DNA from: Eledone cirrhosa
Lineage: Eukaryota
Assembly: GCA_964016885.1 (NCBI GenBank)
Contig: OZ024758.1
Coordinates: 22,444,001-22,508,000, forward strand
DNA length: 64,000 bases
Reading direction: 5' to 3'
Shown here: piece after piece, positions 23,379 to 34,892 of the stretch
Numbering within the stretch: position 1 is the stretch's first letter
How the letters are laid out: each line of letters opens with the position of its first letter
Notes under the pieces: model-generated
Seen by the model: the letters and a program-made list of their open reading frames with translations, nothing else
Databases searched by the model: none
What the model was told of the DNA's origin: nothing
Made by a program: the position numbers and the translations under genes

Positions 23379-24297
23379 ATGAAAATGATTGACTCAATAA
23401 TTCTTTATCTCTGTACAAACATTAGTTGCCTAATTGAACCTGAATAGAGTGGCAGTTATAATTACAGACCTGCCAACCTCTTTAACTCCTTATGGAGTCA
23501 TAGGAATGCCATAGTGATATACAGCAGGTCTTGGACATTTAAACCTGGTACACTCCCATCCTTCCCCAGGCCTGAACACGGGTTTTTTCTTCTATAGGAG
23601 GAGAGAATGAGAGAGCAAGCGAGAGTAATAGAAAGAAAGTGAGGAAGAGATATAGAGGAAGAATCAACCCCTGTACTGGTACTTTATCGACCGTGAAAGG
23701 ATGACATCTGCAGGATTTGAACTCAGGCTGCAGAGAGCCATTCTATCCGATGTTCAAACAACTCTGCTAATTTGCTGCCTTATTTAATGTAAAACATAGT
23801 CAGAAAATTTGAATTTAATTAAAATTTAGCATTTGGAACTGTATTTACAAAAGATCTTTATATTCTTTCTTTTCCCATCATCTCCAATGCGAAGCATAGA
23901 GATGAGGGGTTAAAATCTAATTAAATTTAAGTATTCTATGTTGTTAACGAGATATATAGCTAATGAGATGACACAAACTTATGAAATATGTAATCATACT
24001 TTTTCAAAAATTGTCTCATAATTTTTTTTTTTTCTTTTACATGACTTAGCGTTCATAGTTCCTGAACCTTTATGCTCCCCCCTCCCTTCTTGATGTTCCC
24101 TGACCCACCCACCCCACTCCCTAGCTTTTCTACAATGCCATTAAGGGGATGTTACAACCTTCTTTGAGAAACTCTAGTCTATACATATTTGCATATTTCC
24201 ACTCATTAACTGCTTTCTTAATTCCAATAATAACCTCGCTGTGCTGAAAAATATGGAGATATTTTCACATTTCAAAGCAAAGAAATAAATCTTTAAT

Positions 24298-24502
24298 TAT
24301 AGAATTTGAAGTTTAAAAGTCATGACAATGTGAAATGGACAAAAAAAATCAGATGAAACAAGATGTTGTGTGTTTTACCTTAATTTATTTATATATCCTG
24401 ATATTTCGAGATCAAAATCTCTTCTGAGGGAAATAAAAGGGACTGTTTTGTTTGTCAGTCAATTTCGCATTGTCATGGCTTTCAAACTTCAAATTCTTTA
24501 TA
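24298..24502. mobile_element. MITE-like element with ~43-bp terminal inverted repeats
   Basis: AGAATTTGAAGTTTAAAAGTCATGACAATG / CATTGTCATGGCTTTCAAACTTCAAATTCT. Confidence 0.6.
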
Positions 24503-25141
24503 CCATATGCAATGCTTCAAGTAAACTACAAATTCCTCCAAATTTATTATTGTTTTAATAAATCAATTTAAAAAAAATTGAATAAAACTCTTTTAAGATA
24601 TATATATATATATATTTTTTTTTTTTTGGAGGGGAGAGAGAGATAGAAGTCTAAACAATGCAAAATGGACTAAGATGAGGTAACAAAAAAGTAAGTTACC
24701 TGGTAATCTTTGTTTTGTTTTTTGTTGTTGCTGTTCTTTCTTCTGTCCGAATATTTTGGGACCTAAAATTCCCTTCTTCAGAGTTTAAGGAACTTTCAGA
24801 GAATAATATTCTGGTTTCTTCTCTTTGGGATTAAATTTTTATTTAAATTTCTTAAGTATTTTTTTTTTTTTTTTGTTTTCTAAATTCGATTAGTGGCAGG
24901 AACAGATACTTTTTTCTCAGAAAACTAAAAACTTTCTAACAGCAATATTCTGAGAGATAACCAAATTATGTTTGTTTCATCTAGTCTACAGATCATCAAA
25001 TTCTATCTCTCTCTCTGTTTCTTTTTTTTTTTTTTTTTAATGAAGTATTTTACTGAAATCCTTGCCATTTTGTTGATACATATATTCCTTCCTTTTTGTT
25101 TTTGTAAAATATGTTAAAATATTATATGTTGAAGGGATGAA

Positions 25142-25173
<32 letters not shown>

Positions 25174-26081
25174 TGCTTTTGCTTTATTTCAAGAAATGCA
25201 ATCCATGTATGAAATTTTTTTAAAAATCAATGTTTAAAAATCAATGTTTATTTTCCAAAATAAGTTTTGTCCAAATTTTAAAAGTTTGATATACCAAAAT
25301 ATGAGTTGAATTCTGTTTATATTCTGATAGATAATGCAATTCCTGTAAATATCACAATTTTTACCAATGTATTTATATTTTTTTTAACCATGATACTATC
25401 ATGGTATGGACTATTACTGTTTCTACTATACTGTCATGGTATATAATATTGCTACTATACTATACTGTCATGGTGTATACTATTACTACTATACTGTTAT
25501 GGTATATAATATTGCTACTATACTATACTATCATGGTGTATACTATTACTACTATACTGTTATGGTATATGATATTACTGTTTCTACTACTATTTCAAAT
25601 GTCATTTTGTACATTATGGATTTCTATCACAACTCACACAGTAATATTTTCTTTTCCAAATAAAACTTGATTTGATTTAAAATTTATTTAGCTTTATTTT
25701 ATACCAGGGTTGTTTCCTAACCTGAGCATTATCGCCCACCGGTGTGTGATTTTAACTGTTGGGCGGGCAATGGGCAATTGAACAGAAAATGGTGGCCGAT
25801 TGGAAATTTTCATGGGCGATATAGGATTCTGAGTATTGAAGTATTTCAACATATGCTACTCGCAAAAAAAAAATACTCAAAGGAGATATGCAAAGGACAT
25901 ATATATATATATATATATATATAATAATTGTTTCTACTTTTGGCACAAAGCCAGCAGTTACCCAGTACATTACTGGTACTTTATTTTATTGACCCCGTAA
26001 GGATGAAAGCAAGTTAACCTTTCATCCTTATGGGGTCGATTACAAGGACAAGTGGTTACTCCTTCATTACGTTTATTGGTT

Positions 26082-26166
26082 GGTGACGCGCGTTTCGCTA
26101 CTGATCAGCTCAAGGTTCGATCTCTATCGATCTGGCCTGACTCTGGAATCAAAAGCTCGTCGGACC
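26082..26166 (-). ncRNA. Type I hammerhead motif with long stem II and CCGACGA core
   Basis: GGT-CCGACGA-GCT..(TCGAT agag ATCGA hairpin)..AGC-GAAA-CGCGCG-TC-ACC, then AATAAA. Confidence 0.75.
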
Positions 26167-26228
26167 TCTGTAGCTTCTGTAGTAGTAATGACAGAATGGA
26201 TATATATATATTATTATTATTATATAAT

Positions 26229-26543
26229 GGAGGCACATGGCTTAGTGGTTAGAGCATTGGGCTTGCAATCGAAAGGTTGAGAGTTCAATTCTCAGGCCGG
26301 GTGATGTGTTGTTTCCTTGAGAAAGACACTTTATTTCACATTGCTCCAGTTTACTCAGTTGTAGAAATGAGATGATAGGACTGGGGTCCCTATCATTCCA
26401 CTACAAGGTGGTCGTGGAGGTACCACGGAAAAAAAGCACCCAGCACTCTCTGTAAATGAGGTTGGTGTTAGGAAGGGCATCCAGAATCGGTTCCCGTCCC
26501 ACCCTTGCAAGCAGGGAAAAAGCGGACATAAAATGAAATGATT
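26229..26543 (+). mobile_element. tRNA-derived CORE-like SINE family B (other copies or variants: 26868-27157-, 27355-27572-, 34647-34892-, 47938-48185+, 48703-48922+, 54270-54447-, 56355-56601-, 62763-63030+)
   Basis: A-box TGGCTTAGTGG, B-box GAGTTCAATTC, CORE-like CCTTGAGCAAGACACTT..CAGTTTACTCAGCTGTAGAAATG; interchangeable 3' tails. Confidence 0.85.
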
Positions 26544-26544
26544 A

Positions 26545-26603
26545 ACTGTCTGAAGAGGTCATAGCTGTTGAATTGTGGCTATCGCCAACATATATATAAC
26601 GGT
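26545..26603 (+). ncRNA. Degenerate type I hammerhead motif (GAAA mutated to AACA)
   Basis: ACTGT-CTGAAGA-GG tc ATAGCTGT tgaatt GTGGCTAT cg CC-AACA-TATATA-TA-ACGGT. Confidence 0.6.
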
Positions 26604-26651
26604 AATGAAAGAAGTAAATTATGAAATGTAGACTTCTACCTGTTGTTTGTT

Positions 26652-26684
<33 letters not shown>

Positions 26685-26720
26685 TATGTGAAGTTGTAGA
26701 TGTTAGTCTTTTATTAATTG

Positions 26721-26772
26721 TGCCTTTATACATATTTCCATGACGATAGTTACCGTGTTTCTTCAGACAGCA
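26721..26772 (-). ncRNA. Type I hammerhead motif
   Basis: TGCTGT-CTGAAGA-aac ACGGTA ac TATCGT catg-GAAA-TATGTA-TA-AAGGCA. Confidence 0.65.
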
Positions 26773-28590
26773 AAATTGAGTAAAAGGTAACATTTCCGAG
26801 GCAATTGTGGGTGGAAAGGAGTGGACTAAAATAAATATGTTTTTGTTTTGGGTGTCTGCTGCTTTCTATCATCATCATCGTTTTACGTCCGTTCTTCCAC
26901 GCTAGCATGGGTTAGACGGGTTGTCCTGTTGTGGGCAGTGTCCGGTTGGCTGACCTTGTCTTGCTCATACGGGAACTGATTCTGGCTTGATTTCTACAGC
27001 TGGATGCCCTTCCTAACACCAACCTCTTTTACAGTGTGGCCTGGGTGCTTTTTTTTCCGTGGCACCTCCACGTCCACTTTACAGTGGAATGATAGGGACC
27101 CCAGTCCCTATCATCTCATTTCAACAGCTGAGTAAACTGGAACAATGTGAAATAAATATCGTATTCCACGTGTTAGTGGTGGGGCTGATAACGTTAGAAC
27201 TCACTGGGTCCTTAGAAAGATGGTTGCAGCGAGATTAGGCGGTGTGACCAGTAGTTTTTGTGGTAGGGACCACCATTTAAGGTATCCTTGAAGGAGATCC
27301 GTCCAGGGTACAGTCATTTACATATATGTCTGTGTGTCTCTGTGTAGAAAAAAGAAAGGAACGATCGACTTTCGTCAAATCGGACCGAGGGAACAATGTT
27401 TCCGTTGGTCTTTCCAATTGCTAATACTATCTATCGGTCGCAACTCCAGGTAGGAGCAACGTGAAATAAAGTGTCTTGCTCAAGGACATAACGCATCGCC
27501 TGGTCCAGGAATCGAACTCACAACCTTACGATTGCGAATCCAATTCTCTAACCACTCAGCCACACGCCTTCACTGTAGAGAACAATGAAAAAAGACAGAA
27601 ATCAGACGCAAGTACTTAGTTTATTGTTCAATTAACTACCCACGTCTAACTTCTGTGTTTTTTCATTGTTCCACAGACACAGACAGACACACAGACACTC
27701 ACTCACTCTGTATATATTGATGTTGTATTATTATTAAGGGCGGTGGAGTGGCAGTATCGGTAGAGCGTCAGACACCGTGCTTTATAGCATAGTTATGGCT
27801 CTTTACGTTCTGGGTTCAAATCCCGCCGAGGTTAACTTTGCCTTTCATCCTTACGGGGGTCGATAAAATAAAGTACCAGTAATACATTGGGTAATTCCTG
27901 GCCTTGTGCCAAAAGTAGAAACAATTATTATGGCAACATGCTTTTGGTCGCTCTATTCTTGATGTCACACTTTAACTTTTTACTCTGGGCGAAAACGTTT
28001 TAACTTCTCTCACCGTCGAACTCTAAATGGGAATAACTGGGTCACATTTCTAGATAAGCTATAAACATCCCTGCAAACAAGGAATATTTTGGTATTTTCT
28101 ATAGTTTTGAGAAGGTCCATTAACATTCAAATAGTTCTTTGGACGAAATAACATTGTTTTTCGGATAATAATCAGAAATGGAAGACCAAGAACAGCTTTG
28201 CCAGTAAAATTCAGAAGTGATCTCGGGATCACACACACAATTGACACAGGCGACGACCTCTAAGAAATCTGACGACATGTTCTATCTGACGACAGTTCCA
28301 GACAAAATATAAGATGGGACCTGTTCACAGTTCAATGCGCATGCTCATATAAACAGACAACCGTTTGAAGTTGTTGGATTGTATTTATCGCCAAGTGATT
28401 GCAACGCTCTTGGAGTAATATTATAACTTGATGAACGGAATTTGTTATCTATTGTTCCTATTAATTCTGTGTATATTGTACGATTTTTAAACACTCCAAA
28501 TGTCTCCATTTAAGAACATTTGTCGTCAATACCACATCGTTTATTTATTTTATGCGTTTATCGCTTCTCCCCAGTGTTTTATGTGCAACC

Positions 28591-28667
28591 AAATATTTGG
28601 TCGTCAAATATGAAATTTGTAGAAAAAAACAATTTCTACAAATTTCATAATTAACGACCCAATATTT
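28591..28667. mobile_element. Palindromic mariner-like mini-element (second copy 33160-33242)
   Basis: TATT(A/T)GGTCGTCAA.TATGAAATTTGTA inverted repeats with a short spacer and TA ends. Confidence 0.7.
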
Positions 28668-28898
28668 AAAAAAAATATTTCCTATGCTCCAAATATCAGA
28701 TAAAACCAATATATTTTATTTTATTCACAAGTATATAAATATTACAAATAAAAAAAAAAGAAAAGGAAAAAGAGAAAAACACACCATCAGGTAATACGCA
28801 CATCTTGGACCTCATACATAAAAAACAAACAAAAGGGGTGAACAAACAAACCGCTGCCAGAACAAAGGATAACGATATCGCGAAGCCTTCAATATTAA

Positions 28899-29057
28899 CT
28901 CTTTAGCATTAACGCTCTTTCTGTTCAAACTGGCTGTAACTGGCCTCTCATACTGACATTAAGGTATTGTTCTCAAAATAAACAATATCAAAATCTCGTA
29001 GATTCAATATTATGTGAGATACAACAATATATATAAAGTAATGTAAATGCTAAAGGG
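28899..29057. mobile_element. piggyBac-like MITE
   Basis: TTAA flanks, CTCTTTAGCATT / AATGCTAAAGGG. Confidence 0.75.
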
Positions 29058-29369
29058 TTAAAAGTGTCATTTATATTCTAAGGATGTTGACCAGAAGGAA
29101 AAACCCTCGGTTATATTTCCTACAAATTGAGACCCCATTAAAAAAAGCGGGAAACGTTGATCTCGGAATTTCAGAAAGCAGCTACGCATCAAAACAACAT
29201 AATTAGGTCGTACATTGCGTTACGGGTCACAAAAGTCAGTAAGTCTCACACTATAGGAGAAACATGAATTGGCAGTATCGGTAGAGGGTTGGATGTCATG
29301 CTTTCTAGCATAGTTACGTCCCTTTACGGTTTGAGTTCAAATCCTGTCGAGGTTAACTTTGCCTGACAC

Positions 29370-29697
29370 TATTATGAATACATTTGCACTTAGTAATGAT
29401 ACAATTTCTCGACGTATAAATGGATCATCGACGTCAAATATTAACTCATCCATAATCTCCGTGTTCAGAATTTTCCATATAAGTTGACCAATCAACAGTT
29501 GGCAAGTCAATGCTTTCTTATGGACTATGCTCAATTTTTTTTTTTTTTTTTTTTTTTTTAATGAAAATATTCAACCTTGTGAGGAGATGCTGTTTATTGA
29601 CCAATTGATTCTTGACTCGAAAGGTAGGTCTATTTTAGATTTATTGAAGCTATTTTTTAATGAATATAACATCCCATTAAACAATATGGTTGCCTAT
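29370..29697 (+). pseudogene. Buster-type hAT transposase fossil
   Basis: LSNDTISRRI, EFSI*VDQST, EEMLF...L..DSKG.SI.......NIPLNNM; frameshifted. Confidence 0.75.
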
Positions 29698-29704
29698 CTC
29701 TTAA

Positions 29705-29906
29705 CCCTTTAACATTTACTATTATATTTTCACGGTATAGGCTTTATTTTACATAATTACCTCACATAATATCGAATCTAGGAGATTTTGATACTATTTA
29801 TTTTGAAAACAATATCTTGTAGGTATGAACAGCCGGTTATAGCCGGTTTGAACAGAAAGCGGTTAGAGAATTCTGGCCGGATACGGCCGGTTTAAATGTT
29901 AAAGGG
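29705..29906. mobile_element. piggyBac-like MITE
   Basis: TTAA-CCCTTTAACATTTA ... TAAATGTTAAAGGG-TTAA. Confidence 0.85.
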
Positions 29907-31632
29907 TTAAAGCTTGAACTTTCGCACCCTGTTTTAACAGTTCCCCAGCAACATTTAGTGACAAAAAAAAAAAGAAAATCAACGACAGGTTTAGCGATGT
30001 ATTACTTTTAAATTGTGAGCATAATAATTAATTATGGTTTCTTATATAGACACAAGGCTAGCGATTTGGGAGGAGGGGTAAGTCGATTAAATCGACTCCA
30101 GTGCGTGACTGGTACTTTATTTTATCGACCCCCCCCCCCCGTAAGGATGAAAGGCAAAGTTAACCTAGGCGGAATTTGAACTAAGATCATAAAGGGCCGT
30201 AACTCTATGCTGCAAAGCATGGCGTCCGACCATCTACCGATACTGCCAATCCACCGTCCTTGTGAGCATAATAAATATGAGTAGATGAGGCGTATGTACC
30301 ATACTGAAGAACGATTGTTGACAAAAGGCAATTGTGTTGTCCATTTTGTCAAACTGTTTGACTGCAGTCTTGTCTGCGGGCCGCAGCCCTTCTGCCCCAA
30401 ACCCAAAGCCTAGTTTCTTGAAAGGCAAACCTTAACCTCAGCGGGATTTGAACTGAGAACGTGAAGTGACATAAATCTATGTCGCAAAGCATATTGTCCG
30501 ACGCTCCACCGATTACTGTCAAATCCAACGCCCTTTGTGAAAACTAAATACTCTAGTTTTATTGATTTGTTGAGAGACTTAAAGCAGATGTAAATTATTG
30601 GCGAATTGAGACTGTTTGGATTCCTAATTCTATACATTTTGTTGATTGTCGCCAGGAAGAATTTTGTGGTATAACAGGTCACAAAATCTCATTTCTCTAG
30701 AAAACTTAAAGCCTTGTGCAATAATGCAATTGCTGTCTGCACAACTAGGAAGTTTCAATAACTGTAATTTGAAATCTAATACAAATCTAGCTGATAAACT
30801 AGTTACAACATGATCCTTCCAACAATACACTGATTGTATTTATGCCGTGTACAGTGGACATGGCACCCAATTGCTTATAATAGTGAGAGATGGGAAGAGA
30901 TGGAGGCAGTGACAATGGGAGTTTGGTTTCTTTGTGTTCGGACCTGGCCGTATCCGGCTAGAATTCTCTCACCTCTTTTTGTTCAAACCGACTGTAACTG
31001 GCTACTCATACTTATGTTAAGATATTGTTCACAAAATCTTATAGATTCGATATTACGTGAGATATTATGTGAGGTAAAGCCTTTACCACAAAAATATAAT
31101 AGTAAATATCTAGTCTGAAGTCGGTCTTAAGCCAGAAGGCTCACTTGGCTGGTGCTTAACCCGGATTCATGGCCGTGAAGCGACTGAGAGTACAGTTAAA
31201 TAGATAGATTATATCTCAATTTGAAGTATAAAAATAAAAGTCTATAACTGAGGAAATGTGTGCTTTCATTAGATTTTACTTTGGTTTTGACGATTAAGTT
31301 TCATTAGCAATAGACACATATTCTACGTAATGTGTAGTAGTAGTACAGTTTTGTTTTAGACATAATTTTCAGGGAGAGGATTACCTTTAAAAGGTATAAT
31401 CCTTATTGATCTAATGGTCTACTTTCTACTTCTCCGCCTCCTTTTGTCTTCTATTTATCTGTCTTTCTCTCTTTGTACCTGTCTGTTTGTTACCTGACAT
31501 TTTTTAGTTATTTGTCTCACCGGTTAAATGTCTTTCGTTTTCTCTATTTGAAATGAAAATTATTGTGTACAGTGCTCAGATGCACTACAATTTGTCCGTC
31601 CATTTATCTGCTTTTTGCATGCACCGTTTTGC

Positions 31633-31689
<57 letters not shown>

Positions 31690-32035
31690 CAAAAGGTAAG
31701 GAAATGCAATGTGGTATTCACGTTTGTTTTGTCAGCAAAACGTTTGTAAAACTGGTAAATCGAAGGAGTTATAACATTAACAGAAACCAGGTAACTGATT
31801 CACTAAACCTAGTTTAGTCATTACTACTGTACAATGATCACTGCTATGTACAGTGGTCACTACTGCAGTACACTAGTAACTATTACTGAACACTGGTCAC
31901 TACAGTACAGTGGTCATTACTACTATTGTACACTGGTTACTACTACTGTATATACACACACATATATATATATAGATGTATATATATAGATGTGTATATA
32001 TATATATATATATGTGTGTGTCTTCGTACATATAA

Positions 32036-32131
32036 ACTCGCATATCTGATGAGATGTCGAAAAAGAGTTGGGCCTCGTCCCCTTGATTGTACCCTGAGCT
32101 GATCGATATCGAAACAATTGTTACTTCGACT
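32036..32131 (+). ncRNA. Type I hammerhead motif with extended stem II; stem I decayed
   Basis: CTGATGA-GATGTCGA..42 nt..TCGATATC-GAAA-CAATTG-TT. Confidence 0.65.
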
Positions 32132-32837
32132 CTTTTAAATCCCCATCTCCCCTCCCCTATCTCTCTCCACACACACACACACACACGCACACGCTCTCAC
32201 CCCCCCCTCTTTCTTTATATATTAATGTTTTAATTTTTCCTTGTCTATATTTCTTTGTCCTCTTCCCGCCACTCCTACATCCATCTCTCACTCTAAGCAC
32301 GTTTACATGCTAACATCTACCTGTCTGTTAAAAATTGTATTTTGGATGTCTTTTTGTGTCTAGATCTTCTCAATATATTTCTATATTTCTCTAGTTTTGT
32401 CTTTTTTTTTTCATCCACATTTTCTCCCCTCTCTCTCTCTCTCTCTATCGAGGTCGCTTGCTAAACTCTGTTATTTATACAGCTGCTGTACGTAAGAACA
32501 TCACCAGCCAGGCATTTAATCCATTTCTAATCAAAATAGCTCTAACATCTGTAGTAATCTACTTAGAAACTACATAATGTGTGCCAGCCCGTTTCCCTTC
32601 AAATCCGTTGTGTCGTCAACTCGGTATTTTTTAAAATTATTTTTTTTACCTTACCTCAGGCGGTGGATTGGTAGAATTGTTAACGCATCGGACACAATAT
32701 CTGCGTATTACTAAACCCTCAAATTCTTGATTTTCCATTCTTCTCAATCTACACTTTCATTTCTTTTTTTTAATCTTTTTCTATGAAACTGTATTTACAT
32801 ATTATATTAAACTAGAAATATTTTTCAGGCTTCTATT

Positions 32838-33115
32838 TAATAGAAAAATAAAAATATATCATGTAAATACAATTTAATAGAAAAATAAAAATATATCATG
32901 TAAATACAATTTAATAGAAAAATAAAAATATATCATGTAAATACAATTTAATAGAAAAATAAAAATATATCATGTAAATACAATTTAATAGAAAAATAAA
33001 AATATATCATGTAAATACAATTTAATAGAAAAATAAAAATATATCATGTAAATACAATTTAATAGAAAAATAAAAATATATCATGTAAATATAATTTAAT
33101 AGAAAAATAAAAATA
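32838..33115. repeat. 37-bp minisatellite, ~7.5 copies
   Basis: TAATAGAAAAATAAAAATATATCATGTAAATACAATT. Confidence 0.95.
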
Positions 33116-34892
33116 AATTTAAATTGAGAAGAGAGAATGGAGTGTAAAATAAAAAAATATATTAGGTCGTCAAGTATGAAATTTGTAAAAATTTATAGAA
33201 ATAAAACAAATTTCTACAAATTACATACTTGACGATCCAATAGAAAAAAAACTCTGAAAAGGAAAGGAATGGCAAGGGCTCTGATGTCACAGCAGAATGG
33301 GAAGGGGGGGGGGAGAGATTGATGGTGATTGGACTCTGGGCCTAGGGCGCAGCGGTAATGGGGTTGCGCCCCGCGGACATTACCGCAAAAGCATTCCCGC
33401 GGAATGTTTATACCTGCGTTCTGCGTTATTTAGTTAAGCGCGGCTCTTCACATACTTGAATCAAATCCGGTCGAGGGTAACTTTGCTTTTCATATTTCCA
33501 CGAAGAAGAAGAAAGGTGGGATGTGGGGGAGCCCCCAATAAACTGAAGTACCACTCAAATACTGGATCATGTTAATGTTTCTGTAAAAACATGTTAGATA
33601 TGAACGGAATTACCATAAAAGTCATGTATGTTACTTAGAAATTACATTGTTAGGTCGCTCCCCTCTTTTTTCTCACAGAAACTAAGCAGAAACTACAGAT
33701 TGTGTTAGCTCGCTTTCCTGTAAGTCTACCACTGTTTAGAAACTGCACTCTATATCAGCCTGCTTCTTGTTCTAGTATCTCTCTTTACTGCTATTGTCTC
33801 GAGTATCTCTCTTTACTGCTATTGTCTCGAGTATCTCTCTTTACTGCTATTGTCTCGAGTATCTCTCTTTACTTCTATTGTCTCGAGTAAAATAATTTAT
33901 AAATATTTTCTTATTGATCTCGGGTAGGATTTGAAACCGTATCACAGTCTCAGCTTGATAAGAACTTACTCTTGCACTCAAATAATGATTTCTAGTATAA
34001 GCACAAGGCCAGTAATTTGTGGGGAGGGGAAATTCGATTAAATCGACTCCCAGTACGTTACTGGTGCTTTATTTTATCGACCCCGTAAGGATGAAAGGCA
34101 AAGATAACCTCGGCTGGATTTGAATTCAGACCATAAAGGGCCGTAACTCTTTGCTGCATAGCATGTTGTCCCACTCTCTACTGATACTGCCAATCCACTG
34201 CCCTCTTGCACTCAAATAATGGCCCTATAAAAATTACCAAAATATAAAAATAAAAACAGGAAAGTTGAAAAAAGACACAAAGTTTCATGGAATATTTGAA
34301 GTTAGTTGGAATTTGTATGGTAATAAATTATCGAGAACAAAAGCACCGAATATAATCAATAATTTTTGATACTTATAGATGATAATATATTGTATTGATC
34401 TTTAGTTTGTGTAAGAACACCACTAAACTGGAGATAATATTGATTTTTAATTTAGGTCCAAGACCGGCCAGCAGATTTAGGGGAAGGGCAAAGCTGATTA
34501 AATCAACCCGAGTGTATTACTGGTACTTTATCGACTCGGGAAGGATGAAAGGCAAAGTTGACCTCGGTGGGATTTGAATTCAGAATGTAAAAAAAAAAAA
34601 ATAATACCCAGAAGAAATACTGCAATGTCATTTTATCTGACGTTCTAAAGTTTGTAAGCCAGAAGACTCCTTAGGCTGGTGCTTATCCCGGTTTCGTGGC
34701 ATGAAGCGACTGAGAGTACAATACCCCACCCCCCTGGATAGGACGCCAGTCCATTGCGGTACTTATTTTCAGCTGAATATACTAGAGCAATGTGAAATGA
34801 AGTGTTTTGCTCAAGAACACGTTACGCAACCCAGCCCAGGAGCCGAACCCACGACATTACGATCGTAAGTCCAACACCCTTACCACTAGGCC

